DNA of 64,000 nucleotides from an uncultured delta proteobacterium (GTDB taxonomy: Bacteria; Desulfobacterota; Binatia; UBA9968): NCBI GenBank assembly GCA_963816145.1, contig CAWFJP010000003.1, positions 256,001 through 320,000 of the forward strand, given 5' to 3'. This document shows, in pieces, positions 18,975-29,746 of this stretch (position 1 is the first letter of the stretch; every line of letters starts with the position of its first letter). Below the pieces are notes generated by a model. The model did no database searches. It saw nothing but the letters and a program-made list of their open reading frames with translations, and was not told the origin of the DNA. A program made the translations under genes and the position numbers.

Positions 18975-20447
18975 ATGGACGAGATCAAGATTGTCGACAC
19001 GACGCTGCGCGACGGCAACACCAGCCTATGGGCGCATAATATGACCACCGGCATGATGCATCCGGTGCTGCGCCATATGGACCAAGCCGGTTTCGACGCC
19101 ATGGAGTTCTTCGTCGCCGGCAGATTCAAGAAAGTTATCCGCGAGCAACTCGACAATCCCTGGGATTGGGTGCGCTACGGCCAAAAGGAAATCAAAAATA
19201 CTCAACTGCGCTATCACGGCGGCCTCACCGGTGGCTTTATTCTAAGCCCCCTGTGCATCCCGCGGCTACTGCTGAAGCTGGTCATCGGCTACGGCATTAA
19301 CATGACCCGCTTGTCCGATCCATGGAACGATTACGACGAACTCAAAGGCGAAGTCGAAGAGCTGCGCTCCATGGGCATGACGTCGGTGGTCAATTTGATC
19401 TATTCGATCTCGCCGCGCCACACCGATGAGTACTACGCGCGCAAAGCCCGCGAGGCCGCGGCGATGAAGCCCTATCGGCTCTGTTTCAAAGACGTCGCCG
19501 GCATGCTCACACCCGACCGTGCTTACACCCTAGCGAAGCTGATTCTCGAAAACGTCGGCGACGTGCCGGTGGAGTTCCACTGCCACTGCAACAACGGCTT
19601 GGCGCCGTTCAACGTTCTCGAAGTGGTCAAGGCCGGCATCCGCATCGTCCATACATCGATACCACCACTGGCCAACGGTTCAGCGCAACCGTCCGTGTTC
19701 AACGTCGTCAACAATCTGCGCGCACTGGGTTACAAGCCGCTGGTCAATGAAAAGGTCTTGCCGCCCGTGGAGGCACATCTGCGCTATTGTGCTAAAGTCA
19801 CCGGTCTGCCCATCGGCGCGCCGCGGGAATACGATCAAGGTTGGTACCGTCATCAAGTGCCGGGCGGCATGATCTCCAACCTGCGCCACCAGCTAAAAAT
19901 GCTCGGCAAAGAGGACAAAATGTCGGACGTGCTCGAAGAGATTGTCCAGGTGCGCGCCGAGCTCGGTTATCCGATCATGGTCACGCCCTTTGCCCAGTTC
20001 GTCGGCAGCCAGGCGGCGATCAATATCATGACCGGCGAGCGCTACAAAGAAGTCACCGACCAGGTGATTCAATTCGCCCTCGGCCTGTGGGGTAAAGAAG
20101 GCGCCCAGTACATGGACAAGGAAGTCAAAGCGAAAATCCTCGACCGTAAGCGCGCCCGCGAGATGGAAAGTTTTCAAATCCCCAACACGCCGCTGGAAGA
20201 AGTGCGCAATCAATATGGCGGCGCGAAGATCTCCGACGAAGAGCTGATCATGCGCTACTACGCAGGCCCGGAGTTCGTCGACGCCCTAAAGTCAGCGCCG
20301 CCGCGCAAAGAATACTTAGACGCGAGAAAACCGCTAGTAAAGTTGGTCGAAGAACTAGGCAAAAAGAAAGATTTGGGGCACTTCTATCTCAAGAAAGGCG
20401 ATATCACGTTGTCGATTCGCCGTGGCAGTGAGGCGGTTGTCGAGTAG
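18975..20447 (+). CDS. Pyruvate carboxylase B / oxaloacetate decarboxylase alpha-like carboxyltransferase without biotinyl domain
   Basis: DTTLRDG, CFKDVAG, HCH, HQVPGGMISN, YPIMVTPFAQFVG. Confidence 0.85.
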   Translation: MDEIKIVDTTLRDGNTSLWAHNMTTGMMHPVLRHMDQAGFDAMEFFVAGRFKKVIREQLDNPWDWVRYGQKEIKNTQLRYHGGLTGGFILSPLCIPRLLLKLVIGYGINMTRLSDPWNDYDELKGEVEELRSMGMTSVVNLIYSISPRHTDEYYARKAREAAAMKPYRLCFKDVAGMLTPDRAYTLAKLILENVGDVPVEFHCHCNNGLAPFNVLEVVKAGIRIVHTSIPPLANGSAQPSVFNVVNNLRALGYKPLVNEKVLPPVEAHLRYCAKVTGLPIGAPREYDQGWYRHQVPGGMISNLRHQLKMLGKEDKMSDVLEEIVQVRAELGYPIMVTPFAQFVGSQAAINIMTGERYKEVTDQVIQFALGLWGKEGAQYMDKEVKAKILDRKRAREMESFQIPNTPLEEVRNQYGGAKISDEELIMRYYAGPEFVDALKSAPPRKEYLDARKPLVKLVEELGKKKDLGHFYLKKGDITLSIRRGSEAVVE

Positions 20448-20503
20448 GAGCAACCCCCCGTGGTTGCCCTTTCGGACGGGCAGGCACAGGGGCCTGCCCC
20501 TAC
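20444..20503. repeat. GTAG-type REP pair
   Basis: GTAGgagcaacccc-ccgt-ggttgccc...gggcaggc-acagg-ggcctgcccCTAC; half copy at 43920. Confidence 0.75.
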
Positions 20504-20548
20504 AAGAATGGGTCGCGCAATTTTTGGTGCGACATCTCGTACCGAGAA

Positions 20549-21556
20549 TTATTTTTCATACAATTTCTTCACAAACCCGCTCGCTTCGATCTCTCGTGAA
20601 ATCTTGTACGCGACGAACTGCTCCGGATCGGCATTTTTGGCGGCGGGAACTGTGCTACCGAGTTCTGCGAGAATGGTCTTAATACCGTCGACAGTCGGGA
20701 TCGGCAGCGGCAGGTATTTGTTTACGTAGTTGTTGTAGCTGTCTTCCAAGACCTCGCGATCGGCGTTGCGGTTATATTTTTTGACCACCGCCATCGCGGC
20801 TTCCTTGTTACGCTTGAAATCATGGATCGCCTCGATGTAGGCGAGCATGAACTCTTTGACAACCGACTCGTTCTTCTGCAAAAACGATCTTGTCGTCCCG
20901 AGCGGCGCCATCGGATAGTGCAAGCCCAACTCGGCCAAGTCACCCAACTCGCGGAAACCGGCCTTGCGCGCCACCAGTGAAGCCGTACCGCTCAATACAC
21001 CGGCGTCGATTATCTTCGTCTGCATGGCGCGCACGGTGTCCTGAGTCGTGCCGATCTGTAAAATATTCACATCGCGATCGGGATTAATTCCCCACTTTTT
21101 GAGCGCCAATCGGATGGCGAAGTCGGAGGTTGCTCCGTAGCGGCTGACGCCAAGCTTCTTGCCTTTGAGTTGCGCCGGGCTGGTCATCTCCGGCGGGCCG
21201 AAGACTTTGAAAACGAAGCCATTGATCGCTGCCGAAAGAATCACCGTGTCCGCGCCCTGCAACGCCGCTTGCACCAAACCGGACCCTGACAGCGAGGCAA
21301 TTTCCAAATCTTTGGCGATTAAAGCACGTAATGAAACCGCCCCTGTGCCCATGCCTACCAGCAATACATCCAAGCCGCGTTTTTCGAATAGTTTGCTTTC
21401 CTTGGCGAACCACAACGGCGCGATGGCGCCGTCGGTGGAGCCATAGCCGGCGATGACCTTAATCAATGGCTTGGCTTGCGCCGCATAAACCAGTTGGTAA
21501 TGCCGCGGTGATAGAAATAGGATCGCTAAGAAAATCACCATTATGAAGCGTTTCAT
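20549..21556 (-). CDS. NMT1/SsuA-like ABC substrate-binding protein
   Basis: Signal peptide; LKGKKLGVSRYGATSD. Confidence 0.88.
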   Translation of the reverse strand: MKRFIMVIFLAILFLSPRHYQLVYAAQAKPLIKVIAGYGSTDGAIAPLWFAKESKLFEKRGLDVLLVGMGTGAVSLRALIAKDLEIASLSGSGLVQAALQGADTVILSAAINGFVFKVFGPPEMTSPAQLKGKKLGVSRYGATSDFAIRLALKKWGINPDRDVNILQIGTTQDTVRAMQTKIIDAGVLSGTASLVARKAGFRELGDLAELGLHYPMAPLGTTRSFLQKNESVVKEFMLAYIEAIHDFKRNKEAAMAVVKKYNRNADREVLEDSYNNYVNKYLPLPIPTVDGIKTILAELGSTVPAAKNADPEQFVAYKISREIEASGFVKKLYEK

Positions 21557-21566
21557 GCTGTTCACC

Positions 21567-22319
21567 TCAAGCCAGACTGCGCAGCAGCTTGCCGTAGTCC
21601 CGAATATCGGCCTTGATGCCAAGATCGTGAAATGGTGCCCAGATTTGGCCAACCGCGCTGCTGACCACCGGTTTGCCGAATGCGTCTTCCAACGGCTGGA
21701 TCACTTCCAAGGTCGGCCAAGCCGATGACGTTATCAGGATGGCATCGGAATCGGGATGACGGAGGCCGACATCTCGCACATGCTCAAACACCCGTTGCGG
21801 CGACAACATCGCCTTCTCGATCGAGGTCATACCGGTATCTAATCCCTCGATCGCGACAACATCGAAACCTTCGGCCATGAGAAACTCCCTGACCAGCTGA
21901 TTGTGTGCGGGAATAAACGATGTTGCCACCGCCAGCTTGGTTGCGCCGAGATATTTTAGACCGTCGGCAAACGCTTGCGGGCTGGTGGTGGCCTGCACGT
22001 TAGACTGTTGGCGCAGCCAGGCGAGCAATTCCCGGTAGCGCGCCACGCCTTTCGCCAGAACCATAGGCGCGCCACTGAGCGTAATATGATCGACCTGGGT
22101 CTCGCCCAGGCTGGCGATGGCATTCTCAAAACCCTGCCATGAAGCTTCAACCTGACTCGACTCACGAGCATCGCGAATGACTAGATTGCTCAAAACCAAC
22201 GTTACCCCGTCGGGTGCGACGCGATAAAATTCGTACGGGAATATTTCCGTGCAGGCGGTCGGCGAAATGTTGCCGATGCGCCCACGCCAGCCGTAACTCT
22301 TATCACCAATTGAGGTCAT
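21567..22319 (-). CDS. Maleate isomerase / arylmalonate decarboxylase (Asp/Glu racemase superfamily) protein
   Basis: YGWRGRIG, LAVATSF, LEDAFGKPVVSS. Confidence 0.8.
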   Translation of the reverse strand: MTSIGDKSYGWRGRIGNISPTACTEIFPYEFYRVAPDGVTLVLSNLVIRDARESSQVEASWQGFENAIASLGETQVDHITLSGAPMVLAKGVARYRELLAWLRQQSNVQATTSPQAFADGLKYLGATKLAVATSFIPAHNQLVREFLMAEGFDVVAIEGLDTGMTSIEKAMLSPQRVFEHVRDVGLRHPDSDAILITSSAWPTLEVIQPLEDAFGKPVVSSAVGQIWAPFHDLGIKADIRDYGKLLRSLA

Positions 22320-22402
22320 CGGCCTATTTGTGCGACAACTAGCGGTACCAATGCAAACAGTTTTGTGTCTTAAATGCGTCAATAAAACCAGGAGTTGCAA
22401 CC

Positions 22403-23384
22403 ATGATATTCACGGGACGAGGTCGCCGAGCTATTACTAATGCGCTAGCACTTGGTTTGATCTTGCTTGTAAGCGCCGCCCCGCTTTCCGCTCAGGAAAA
22501 GAAACTCATCATCGGCTACACCGCCCGTGATTTAAATAACTTCCCGCTATTCGCAGCCCAGGCGCGCGGTTACTTTCAAGGAAGCCGGCAAGGACGTTGA
22601 GTTGGTGCAGATCCGCTCGAACATTGGCTTGTCCGGGGTACTCGGCGGCTCGGTGGATTATTACACCTCGTTCAGCAGCGCGGTGACGCTGGCGGCGCAA
22701 CAGGGTTCGCCGATTGTCGGGATCTTCAGCATGATCGAGCGGCCGAGCCTATACATGGTCACCCGCCCCGAGATTCGCTCCATGGCCGACCTCAAAGGCA
22801 AGACCATCGGCCTGGGCTCCATCGGCGGCATCACGGTGACCATCACCCGGCGCATGTTGGCGCATTATGGGATCAACGCCAATGAGTTTACCATTGTTTC
22901 TTCCGGCGATTTGCCGGTGCGCTTGGCCGCGGTAAAGTCCGGCGCGATTCACGCAACTCTGGCCGGTCCGCCGGCACCCGTGCAAGCCAAGGAGCTCGGA
23001 CTCAACGTGCTCGCCTCCGCCGCGGATACCGTGGACTTCCCGTTGGCGGGGTTATCGACGTCAGTGGCTAAAATCCGCAATAACCGCGCGGAAGTCGTCG
23101 CAGTCCTAACGGCAATGCTACGCGGGCTTTTGTTTGTGCGCAGCCAGCGAAGCGAAGCGATTGGCTTGATCCAGAAACTATTCAGGATGGAACGCCATCT
23201 GGCCGAGGCCGGTTACGACCAGACGCTGCCCGCCTATAGTAAAGACGGCACGGCATCGGCGCGCGGCATTGAAAGCGTCCTTGAAGTGGCCCGCCAAGGC
23301 GGCGGCGCAAAAGCGGTTGGAATAAACGACGTGGTCGACTTTTCGCCGTTGCGTGAAGCGCAGTCTGCCTTGAAACTGCGCTAA
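22403..23384 (+). CDS. NMT1-like ABC substrate-binding protein, frameshifted near 22580
   Basis: Signal peptide in 22403..22600; body with DLKGKTIG in 22602..23384. Confidence 0.75.
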
Positions 23385-23563
23385 TAAGACATCGCCATTG
23401 AATTCACCTAGTAAAACAAATAAGTGACACCGACTCGACCCGGATCGATATAAGAGTATTTTTTGGAGAGAACGATTTAAAACGAACCGAGGCGATTCGA
23501 CAGCGATGGGAAGAGACCCCAAGATATTGAAGAGTCACTCTTGAAACCGTACTGATAGCGGTA

Positions 23564-24475
23564 ATGTCGAAAGTTCAATCCTTAGCGGAAGCTATTGCAA
23601 CCCATGTTCGCGACGGCATGTCGATCGCGTTGGGTTGCGGCCTGGAATCGCTAATTCCCTTTGCCGCGAGCCATGAAATCATCCGGCAGCACCGCAAGGA
23701 TTTGACCTTGATCGGACCGATATCCGATGTTCAATTCGATCAACTCATCGGCGCCGGCTGCGTTAAGAAGATTCAAGCGTCTTGGGTTGGCAATGTGGCC
23801 GCGGGGCTGGGCCATAATTTTCGCCGTGCCGCGGAGTTGCGTGACCCGGGACCGCTGGAAATCGAAGAGCATTCAAATTTTACCATGGGTCTGGCGCTCC
23901 AGGCGGCGGCCATGGGACTGCCCTTCTTGCCGACCCGATCGATCAAGGGCAGCGACATCGCCAAAGAACCGCACTTCGATCGCGTCCGTTGCCCGTTTAC
24001 CGGCGAAGAACTGCTCGCGGTGCGCGCCATTCGCCCCGAACTTGCCATCCTTCACGTGCAGCGGGCGGACGATCAAGGCAATGCCCATCTCTGGGGCAAC
24101 TACGGGGTCATGCGCGAAGCGGCAATGGCCGCTCAGAAAGTCATCCTAACCTGTGAAGAGGTCGTCGATCACGAGTTGATACTACGCGATCCCAATCGCA
24201 CCATTATCCCTGGTTTTGTCGTCAGCAGTGTTGTCCTTGAGCCCAACGGTTCCTTCCCATCGCCCACCCAAGGTTTTGCCAGACGTGATGATAGCTTCTA
24301 TTTCGAGTACCACAGCGCGACTCGGAGCGCCGATGGATTTAACAGCTGGTTGGAGAAATATGTCTACGGCGTGGAGACGCAGCGGAAATTTCTCGAACTC
24401 TTGGGCCGAGAGCGGCGTGAAAATCTCAAACCGCAGGGCGGGCTTTTTGCACCTACCGTCAGCTTCAATTACTAA
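23564..24475 (+). CDS. Class I CoA-transferase alpha subunit (glutaconate CoA-transferase-like)
   Basis: PFAASHEIIRQ, AAAMGLPFLP, HVQRADDQGN. Confidence 0.9.
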   Translation: MSKVQSLAEAIATHVRDGMSIALGCGLESLIPFAASHEIIRQHRKDLTLIGPISDVQFDQLIGAGCVKKIQASWVGNVAAGLGHNFRRAAELRDPGPLEIEEHSNFTMGLALQAAAMGLPFLPTRSIKGSDIAKEPHFDRVRCPFTGEELLAVRAIRPELAILHVQRADDQGNAHLWGNYGVMREAAMAAQKVILTCEEVVDHELILRDPNRTIIPGFVVSSVVLEPNGSFPSPTQGFARRDDSFYFEYHSATRSADGFNSWLEKYVYGVETQRKFLELLGRERRENLKPQGGLFAPTVSFNY

Positions 24476-24660
24476 ACGGCAAAACTATTTCGCGGATGCG
24501 AACAATAAAACCCTTCGCAAAGGCCAAGCCCATTCCTCACCATGCAGATATCATCCGCGCGAAGCTTGACCATACGACCGTCGTTTCATATGGTTTTGTG
24601 AAGGGACAGCTTGCGGCCATTTTTACACCCCTGGTTGGACTCGCTCGCGGCTAGGACATA

Positions 24661-25638
24661 ATGAAAAACTCGAAGAAAAATCTTCTTGATGCCAAACAAG
24701 ACAAGGACAAAAGCACCCGGGGCTTTGTCGTGCGGCAACAATTTGCGCCATATTTTTCTCCGGACGAATTTCCTACCTACGCGGCGTTTTTCCAATCGCC
24801 GGGTCAAACCATCAAGGTGGAACGCCGAACCCGAGTGGCTATTATCCCGCCGCGCGAAGACCCGCGGCATGCCGGGGCAGGAAAGACTTTCGTACTCAAA
24901 ACGTACGCTTATCCGTTTCTTCCGCGGATCCGCACCGGCTTTCGCATTTCCAAAGCCGAACAGGAATTCAACGGTCTGCTCCAGCTCTCGAAGCTTGGCA
25001 TCCCGGCCGTGGAACCGGTTGCCTTCGGAACCGAGAGAACTCGGCTCGGATTCGTCCGCTCTTGTTTTCTCATCACCGTGTTCGTTGACGGAGCCGCCAA
25101 CTTGACGGCTTGCAGTTCCGCGGTTCACGGTGGTGAACAAACTCACGGCCCGTCGCGGGCGTCATTGACTGAGCAAATCGCCATTCAACTGCGCAGGGCC
25201 CATGAGCGGCGTTTTTTTCTCTTTACGCCTAAGGCTAAAAACGTTCTGGTAAGAGAAACCGCGGACAAAACTGCCGAGACGATTTTTGTCGATATCCCAT
25301 ACGCGAGGTCGCTATGTTGGTCGCCCCTGGCCCGCTGGGGCCAACTCCGCGATATCGGCGTCTTCCTCGCCAGCCTGGACCCCTATGCCACAGAAGAAGA
25401 ACTCGGCGTGTTTTACCAAGCCTATTTACCCAATCCCCTGGGCGGCTCTGCCGCCAAACTCCGGCGCCAGGGTTGCAAAAGCATGCTGGCGAAACAGAAC
25501 CGGACCTTGGTAACGTCGTTAACCAAGCGGTTCAAACGGCGCTGGCGTAATTTCGTGCGCGGATCAGGCACCAAGGTGGTTCGAAATCATCTCATTTTCC
25601 TGGTGTCACGCTTTATTGCTGTTCAACGATACATATGA
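24661..25638 (+). CDS. LPS kinase (Kdo/WaaP/InaA)-like protein
   Basis: VLKTY, AEQEFNGL, GIPAVEP, KNVLV, FVD. The usual catalytic-loop Asp region reads FTPKAKN. Confidence 0.7.
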   Translation: MKNSKKNLLDAKQDKDKSTRGFVVRQQFAPYFSPDEFPTYAAFFQSPGQTIKVERRTRVAIIPPREDPRHAGAGKTFVLKTYAYPFLPRIRTGFRISKAEQEFNGLLQLSKLGIPAVEPVAFGTERTRLGFVRSCFLITVFVDGAANLTACSSAVHGGEQTHGPSRASLTEQIAIQLRRAHERRFFLFTPKAKNVLVRETADKTAETIFVDIPYARSLCWSPLARWGQLRDIGVFLASLDPYATEEELGVFYQAYLPNPLGGSAAKLRRQGCKSMLAKQNRTLVTSLTKRFKRRWRNFVRGSGTKVVRNHLIFLVSRFIAVQRYI

Positions 25639-25670
25639 TTTTTGGGCTTTTGTTGATCTACTAACTTGAC

Positions 25671-26336
25671 ATGGATGAACAGATACTAGCGCGTTACAAC
25701 AGTCCCGAGGGATTGGCGGACTACAGCAAAAAATTCGAACGGCATTGGACCGAGCGGGTTAACAATTGGCACGAGCAACGCCTTCTACGCGAACTCTTGA
25801 GCGCGGTGCCGAGGGACCCTGGCCAGGGCATCGCCTTGGATTTGCCGTGCGGTTACGGCCGGCTCTATCCCATCGTTCGGGAACGCGCAAAGCGAGTTGT
25901 AGAAGGCGACTGGAGCTTTCAACTTTTGTCCGCGGCGCAGTCCTTGCAGCGCCGGGAGCCAGAGTTTGGGACAGCCGCCGGTTACGTGCGCGCCACCGCA
26001 CTAGCGTTGCCGTTCACGGACCGGGCGTTTAATTTCGTCTTGTCGGTGCGGCTTTGCCATCACATCCGCGAGCACAGCGAGCGCACCCAATACGTGAAAG
26101 AACTCATGCGTGTCGCCAACCAATGGCTGGCATTTACCTATTTCGACGAGAGCTCGATAAAAAACCGCTGGCACGATTATCGCCGCCGCTACAACGGCAA
26201 GCGGCCGAAATGGACGCTGCAACTAAGCGAGATCGAAGCTCTGTCCCGAAACCAGGGTTTTAAGATCGTGCGTTGCCTCTGGATGTCGCGGTTTTTTTCC
26301 GGTCACCGCTATTTGTTGTTGCAACGAACCCGTTAA
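25671..26336 (+). CDS. Class I SAM-dependent methyltransferase
   Basis: LDLPCGYGR, ALALPF, VRLCHH. Confidence 0.85.
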   Translation: MDEQILARYNSPEGLADYSKKFERHWTERVNNWHEQRLLRELLSAVPRDPGQGIALDLPCGYGRLYPIVRERAKRVVEGDWSFQLLSAAQSLQRREPEFGTAAGYVRATALALPFTDRAFNFVLSVRLCHHIREHSERTQYVKELMRVANQWLAFTYFDESSIKNRWHDYRRRYNGKRPKWTLQLSEIEALSRNQGFKIVRCLWMSRFFSGHRYLLLQRTR

Positions 26337-26413
26337 CGCGCGCGGTTGCACACCGTCTCCCGCGTCGCAGGGTATTTTCGTGGTCAAAGGAATCGCAGAA
26401 CTTTCTTCCCTTG

Positions 26414-26580
26414 CCTGTTGGCACGTATCCGTAACCGGCTCAGGAATAAACGCCGCGCGACGACAATTGTTTTTTAATACCCTGAAGCCACAGAGACCCA
26501 AGAAGGTTTGGCACAGTGGCTCGAAAGCTACATTCACACCGTCACTGATCCCACTGCGCTGCTGGTCCTGCTTGGGGTGA
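26414..26580 (+). pseudogene. Decayed duplicate of the CoA-transferase alpha 3' end
   Basis: PVGTYP*PAQE*TPRDD.../YPEATETQEGLAQWLESYI...LLG aligns with PNGSFPSPTQGFARRDD...YHSATRSADGFNSWLEKYV...LLG. Confidence 0.7.
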
Positions 26581-26673
26581 ACCTATCTCGATCAACCCAA
26601 GCCGCAAGGGAATGTGTTTGCACCGGCAACCAGCTTCAATTAGTAATCAAGACAAATTTCTAGGAGGTTCCTC

Positions 26674-27108
26674 ATGAAAACCGTACCGACAGCAAAATTA
26701 TCCCAAGAAGGCTGCGACATCATCGTCAACGCCGCCATCGAAAAGGCCAAGGAGCTCAAACAAATCGGCAGCATCTGCGTGGTCGACGCCGGTGGCCATC
26801 TTATGGCGTTCAAGCGCATGACCAATGGGCGCACCCATAATGTGATGATCGCACAAGCCAAAGCGCGCTGCGCCGCATTGACTACGGCAGCGACGGGCAA
26901 GACCGGCCGCGATGGCAGCGAGATTCCCGACCACCAAGTTTTGGCGCAAACCCTCGCGGTCGGCCCCGGTTGGTTCATCAGCATCGAGGGTGGCTTGCCG
27001 ATAACGGTCGATGGTCAGTGCATCGGCGCCGCCGGCTTTAGCGGTGCTCCGTCGGCCGTCGATCGCCAAATCGTGCAAGCCGGCATCGACGCGTTCAACA
27101 AAGCCTAG
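26674..27108 (+). CDS. GlcG/HbpS-family heme-binding protein
   Basis: VVDAGGHLMAFKRM, IAQAKA, GGLPI..DGQCIGA. Confidence 0.88.
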   Translation: MKTVPTAKLSQEGCDIIVNAAIEKAKELKQIGSICVVDAGGHLMAFKRMTNGRTHNVMIAQAKARCAALTTAATGKTGRDGSEIPDHQVLAQTLAVGPGWFISIEGGLPITVDGQCIGAAGFSGAPSAVDRQIVQAGIDAFNKA

Positions 27109-27116
27109 AAAACCGC

Positions 27117-27188
27117 TCAAGGTTCAACGTTCCAGGTTCAAGATAGATCGAAATCCGGACGTTGAACTTTGAACCTTGAACCTTGAAC
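27117..27188. repeat. GTTCAA/TTGAAC iterated inverted repeat
   Basis: caaggttcaacgttccaggttcaag...ttgaactttgaaccttgaaccttgaac; related copy at 48976. Confidence 0.7.
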
Positions 27189-27938
27189 TACTCTCGCAGG
27201 GAACTGATGGTCGCCGCCGCGGCACGGGAAATCCGCGACGGCGATAACGTCTTCGTCGGCATGCGCTTGCCGCTTTTGGGCTTCGCCGTGGCCAAGGAGA
27301 CCCATGCTCCCAACGCCATCGGTATTTTCGAGAACGGCGTGATTCGCGATTGGCCGGCGCTGGAGTCGATTTTCACCATGAGCGATCCGCCGAATATCGC
27401 CCGCGCGCTCTCCTGTGGCGGGTTGAATGACGTGATGTATTTGCTGCAGAGCGGGCGGGTGGATCTTGGCTTCATCGGCGGCGCCGAGATCGATCGTTAT
27501 GGCAACTTAAACACCCATTGGGTCGAAGAGAATGGCAAACGAACGCGACTGCCTGGCAGCGGCGGCGCCGCCGATATTGCCGCCATGGCCAAGCGCAGCA
27601 TCATTATTATGAATCACGAACGGCGTCGTTTCGTGGAGAAGGTTCAATACATAACATCGCCGGGCTTTGGCGACGGCGGTGATTGGCGATCACGCCAGGG
27701 CATTGCCGGCGGCGGCCCGAGCCGCGCGATCACCAGCATGGGGGTCTTTTCTTTCGACGCCGCGACCCACGAGATGATCCTAACTTCCAGTCACCCCGGC
27801 ATTCGCGTCGCAGATATCGCGAAAGAAACCGGCTGGCCGCTGCGGGTCGCTCCCGATGTTTGTGAGACGGCACCACCCAGTGCCGCCGAGCTTAGCGCAG
27901 TGCGAAAATACGATCCCAAAGGAGTTTGGACCTCTTAA
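27183..27938 (+). CDS. Class I CoA-transferase beta subunit
   Basis: FENG, GGAEIDRYGNLN, LPGSGGA. Confidence 0.9.
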   Translation: MNYSRRELMVAAAAREIRDGDNVFVGMRLPLLGFAVAKETHAPNAIGIFENGVIRDWPALESIFTMSDPPNIARALSCGGLNDVMYLLQSGRVDLGFIGGAEIDRYGNLNTHWVEENGKRTRLPGSGGAADIAAMAKRSIIIMNHERRRFVEKVQYITSPGFGDGGDWRSRQGIAGGGPSRAITSMGVFSFDAATHEMILTSSHPGIRVADIAKETGWPLRVAPDVCETAPPSAAELSAVRKYDPKGVWTS

Positions 27939-27988
27939 TTACGCGAGCCCCATCGATGGGCTCATGAGCATTCTTACCCGTCATTCCG

Positions 27989-29014
27989 ATGGCACTCTTA
28001 ATCACCGACCGCGACGTGCACAAGCTATTATCGATGGGCGATGCCATCGACGCCGCCGAACTTGCTCTGCGAGAGCTGCACCAAGGAAACGCTACAAACC
28101 GCCCACGCCAGCATTTTTACGCCGACAATCGTGACGCCCTTTTCATGATGCGCCATTTCCAAGGAGCGATCCCGAAACTCGGAGTCATGGGGTTGCGCAT
28201 TACCACCGACGTGATCGGCGCCAAGGTTCACAAACCCGAGCTTCGGTCGTTCGGTAGCTTCATGCTGTTCGATCTCAATACCGCGGAGCTGCTGGCTATC
28301 GTCCACGACCACGAGCTACAGCGCATGCGGGTCGGCGCAGAAACCGGGGTCGCCGCGCGTTACCTATCCCGTGACGATGTTAAAACCGTCGCTCTGCTTG
28401 GATCGGGCTATCAAGCGGAGACTCAACTAGCAGCCATCTGCACGGTAAGAGCGATCGAAAGAGTTCTGATTTACAGCCCGACCGAATCAAACCGCACCGC
28501 CTTCGCGGCGACGCAGCGCAAGAAGTTAGGCGTCCCCATCACTGCCGTGGATTCAGCGCAACAGGCGGTTGAAGCTGCGGATCTGGTGCTCGCCAGCACC
28601 AATGCGTCTTCGCCGGTTCTCGACGGCAATTGGCTCAAGGAAGGCAGCCACGTAACTTCCATCGTCAATAGCGATCAGCGTATTCCCCGCCGCGAGCTGG
28701 ACAACCGAACCTTTGCCCGCGCAGCGGTCGTCGGTCTGGGGTCGGTGGAGCAATGCAAACAAGATCAGGCCGCGGACATTTTCGAAGCCATTGAGGCGGG
28801 CGCGCTATCGTGGGAGAGGGTTTGCGAGATCGGCGACGTCATCGTCGGCAAACACTGCGGGCGCTTGGACGACAATCAGGTCAGCGTTTACAAAAACAAT
28901 GGTCTCGCCATCGAGTTCGTCGCGCTGGCATCGAAGGTATATCAATTAGCCCGCGAGCGCGGTGCCGGGGAAGAAATCCCGGCTCATTACTTTTCCGGCC
29001 GCAGAGCGAACTAG
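27989..29014 (+). CDS. Ornithine cyclodeaminase/mu-crystallin family protein
   Basis: RMRVGA, LGSGYQA, YKNNGLAI. Confidence 0.88.
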   Translation: MALLITDRDVHKLLSMGDAIDAAELALRELHQGNATNRPRQHFYADNRDALFMMRHFQGAIPKLGVMGLRITTDVIGAKVHKPELRSFGSFMLFDLNTAELLAIVHDHELQRMRVGAETGVAARYLSRDDVKTVALLGSGYQAETQLAAICTVRAIERVLIYSPTESNRTAFAATQRKKLGVPITAVDSAQQAVEAADLVLASTNASSPVLDGNWLKEGSHVTSIVNSDQRIPRRELDNRTFARAAVVGLGSVEQCKQDQAADIFEAIEAGALSWERVCEIGDVIVGKHCGRLDDNQVSVYKNNGLAIEFVALASKVYQLARERGAGEEIPAHYFSGRRAN

Positions 29015-29074
29015 TGGTCCATCCCGTTACTGCCGCCAAGGCGGAGATCAGCGGGACGGACCACGGAAACAACC

Positions 29075-29590
29075 TTATTGTTCCAGTTTGGCAGAATTGA
29101 TCGTCACCGGCTGCGTCGGCACATCTTGATGATGGCCCCTATTTCCGGTGGGTACTTTCTCGATACTCCGAACCACATCCAAGCCGTCGATGACCCGGCC
29201 GAACACGGCATAACCGAATTCCGCGGCCGCCGTGCTGCGATGATTCAGGAAATCGTTATTCTTGACGTTGATGAAGAATTGCGAGGTCGCGCTGTCGACG
29301 ACGTTGGTGCGCGCCATGGCGATGGTTCCGACATCGTTTTTCAAACCGTTGGCGGCTTCGTTCTTGATCGGCGCGCCGTTTTTCTTTTCGTTCATCGCCG
29401 GGTCCATGCCGCCGCCTTGGATCATGAAGCCGGGTATGACGCGGTGAAAAATCAGCCCGTCATAGTGGCCGGCGCTGACATAGGCGACAAAGTTCTTGGT
29501 TGTGATCGGCGCCTTTACCGCGTCCAATTCGATGCGGATATCGCCCATGCTCGTTGACATCAATACTACCGGATTCTTATCAGCCATCAT
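29075..29590 (-). CDS. ppiB: Cyclophilin-type peptidyl-prolyl isomerase
   Basis: [28 protein letters not shown]. Confidence 0.93.
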   Translation of the reverse strand: MMADKNPVVLMSTSMGDIRIELDAVKAPITTKNFVAYVSAGHYDGLIFHRVIPGFMIQGGGMDPAMNEKKNGAPIKNEAANGLKNDVGTIAMARTNVVDSATSQFFINVKNNDFLNHRSTAAAEFGYAVFGRVIDGLDVVRSIEKVPTGNRGHHQDVPTQPVTINSAKLEQ

Positions 29591-29746
29591 TGCCTCCGAA
29601 ATTAAATATTCAGAAACAGTAGCACTTCTCTAAGTCGACTTACAGTCCCGGCATCTTTCACCGCGCGATTCGGTGGAAATCTCGCCAAGGGTGCGCTATG
29701 GGTTAGCAATCACTCAATAGCTTTAGGCGTAGCGAAAGGAGCAATT

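Noticed and set aside
26418-26520. Two TGGCAC motifs as sigma-54 promoters
   Set aside because: No TTGC at the -12 position; they lie within the pseudogene remnant.
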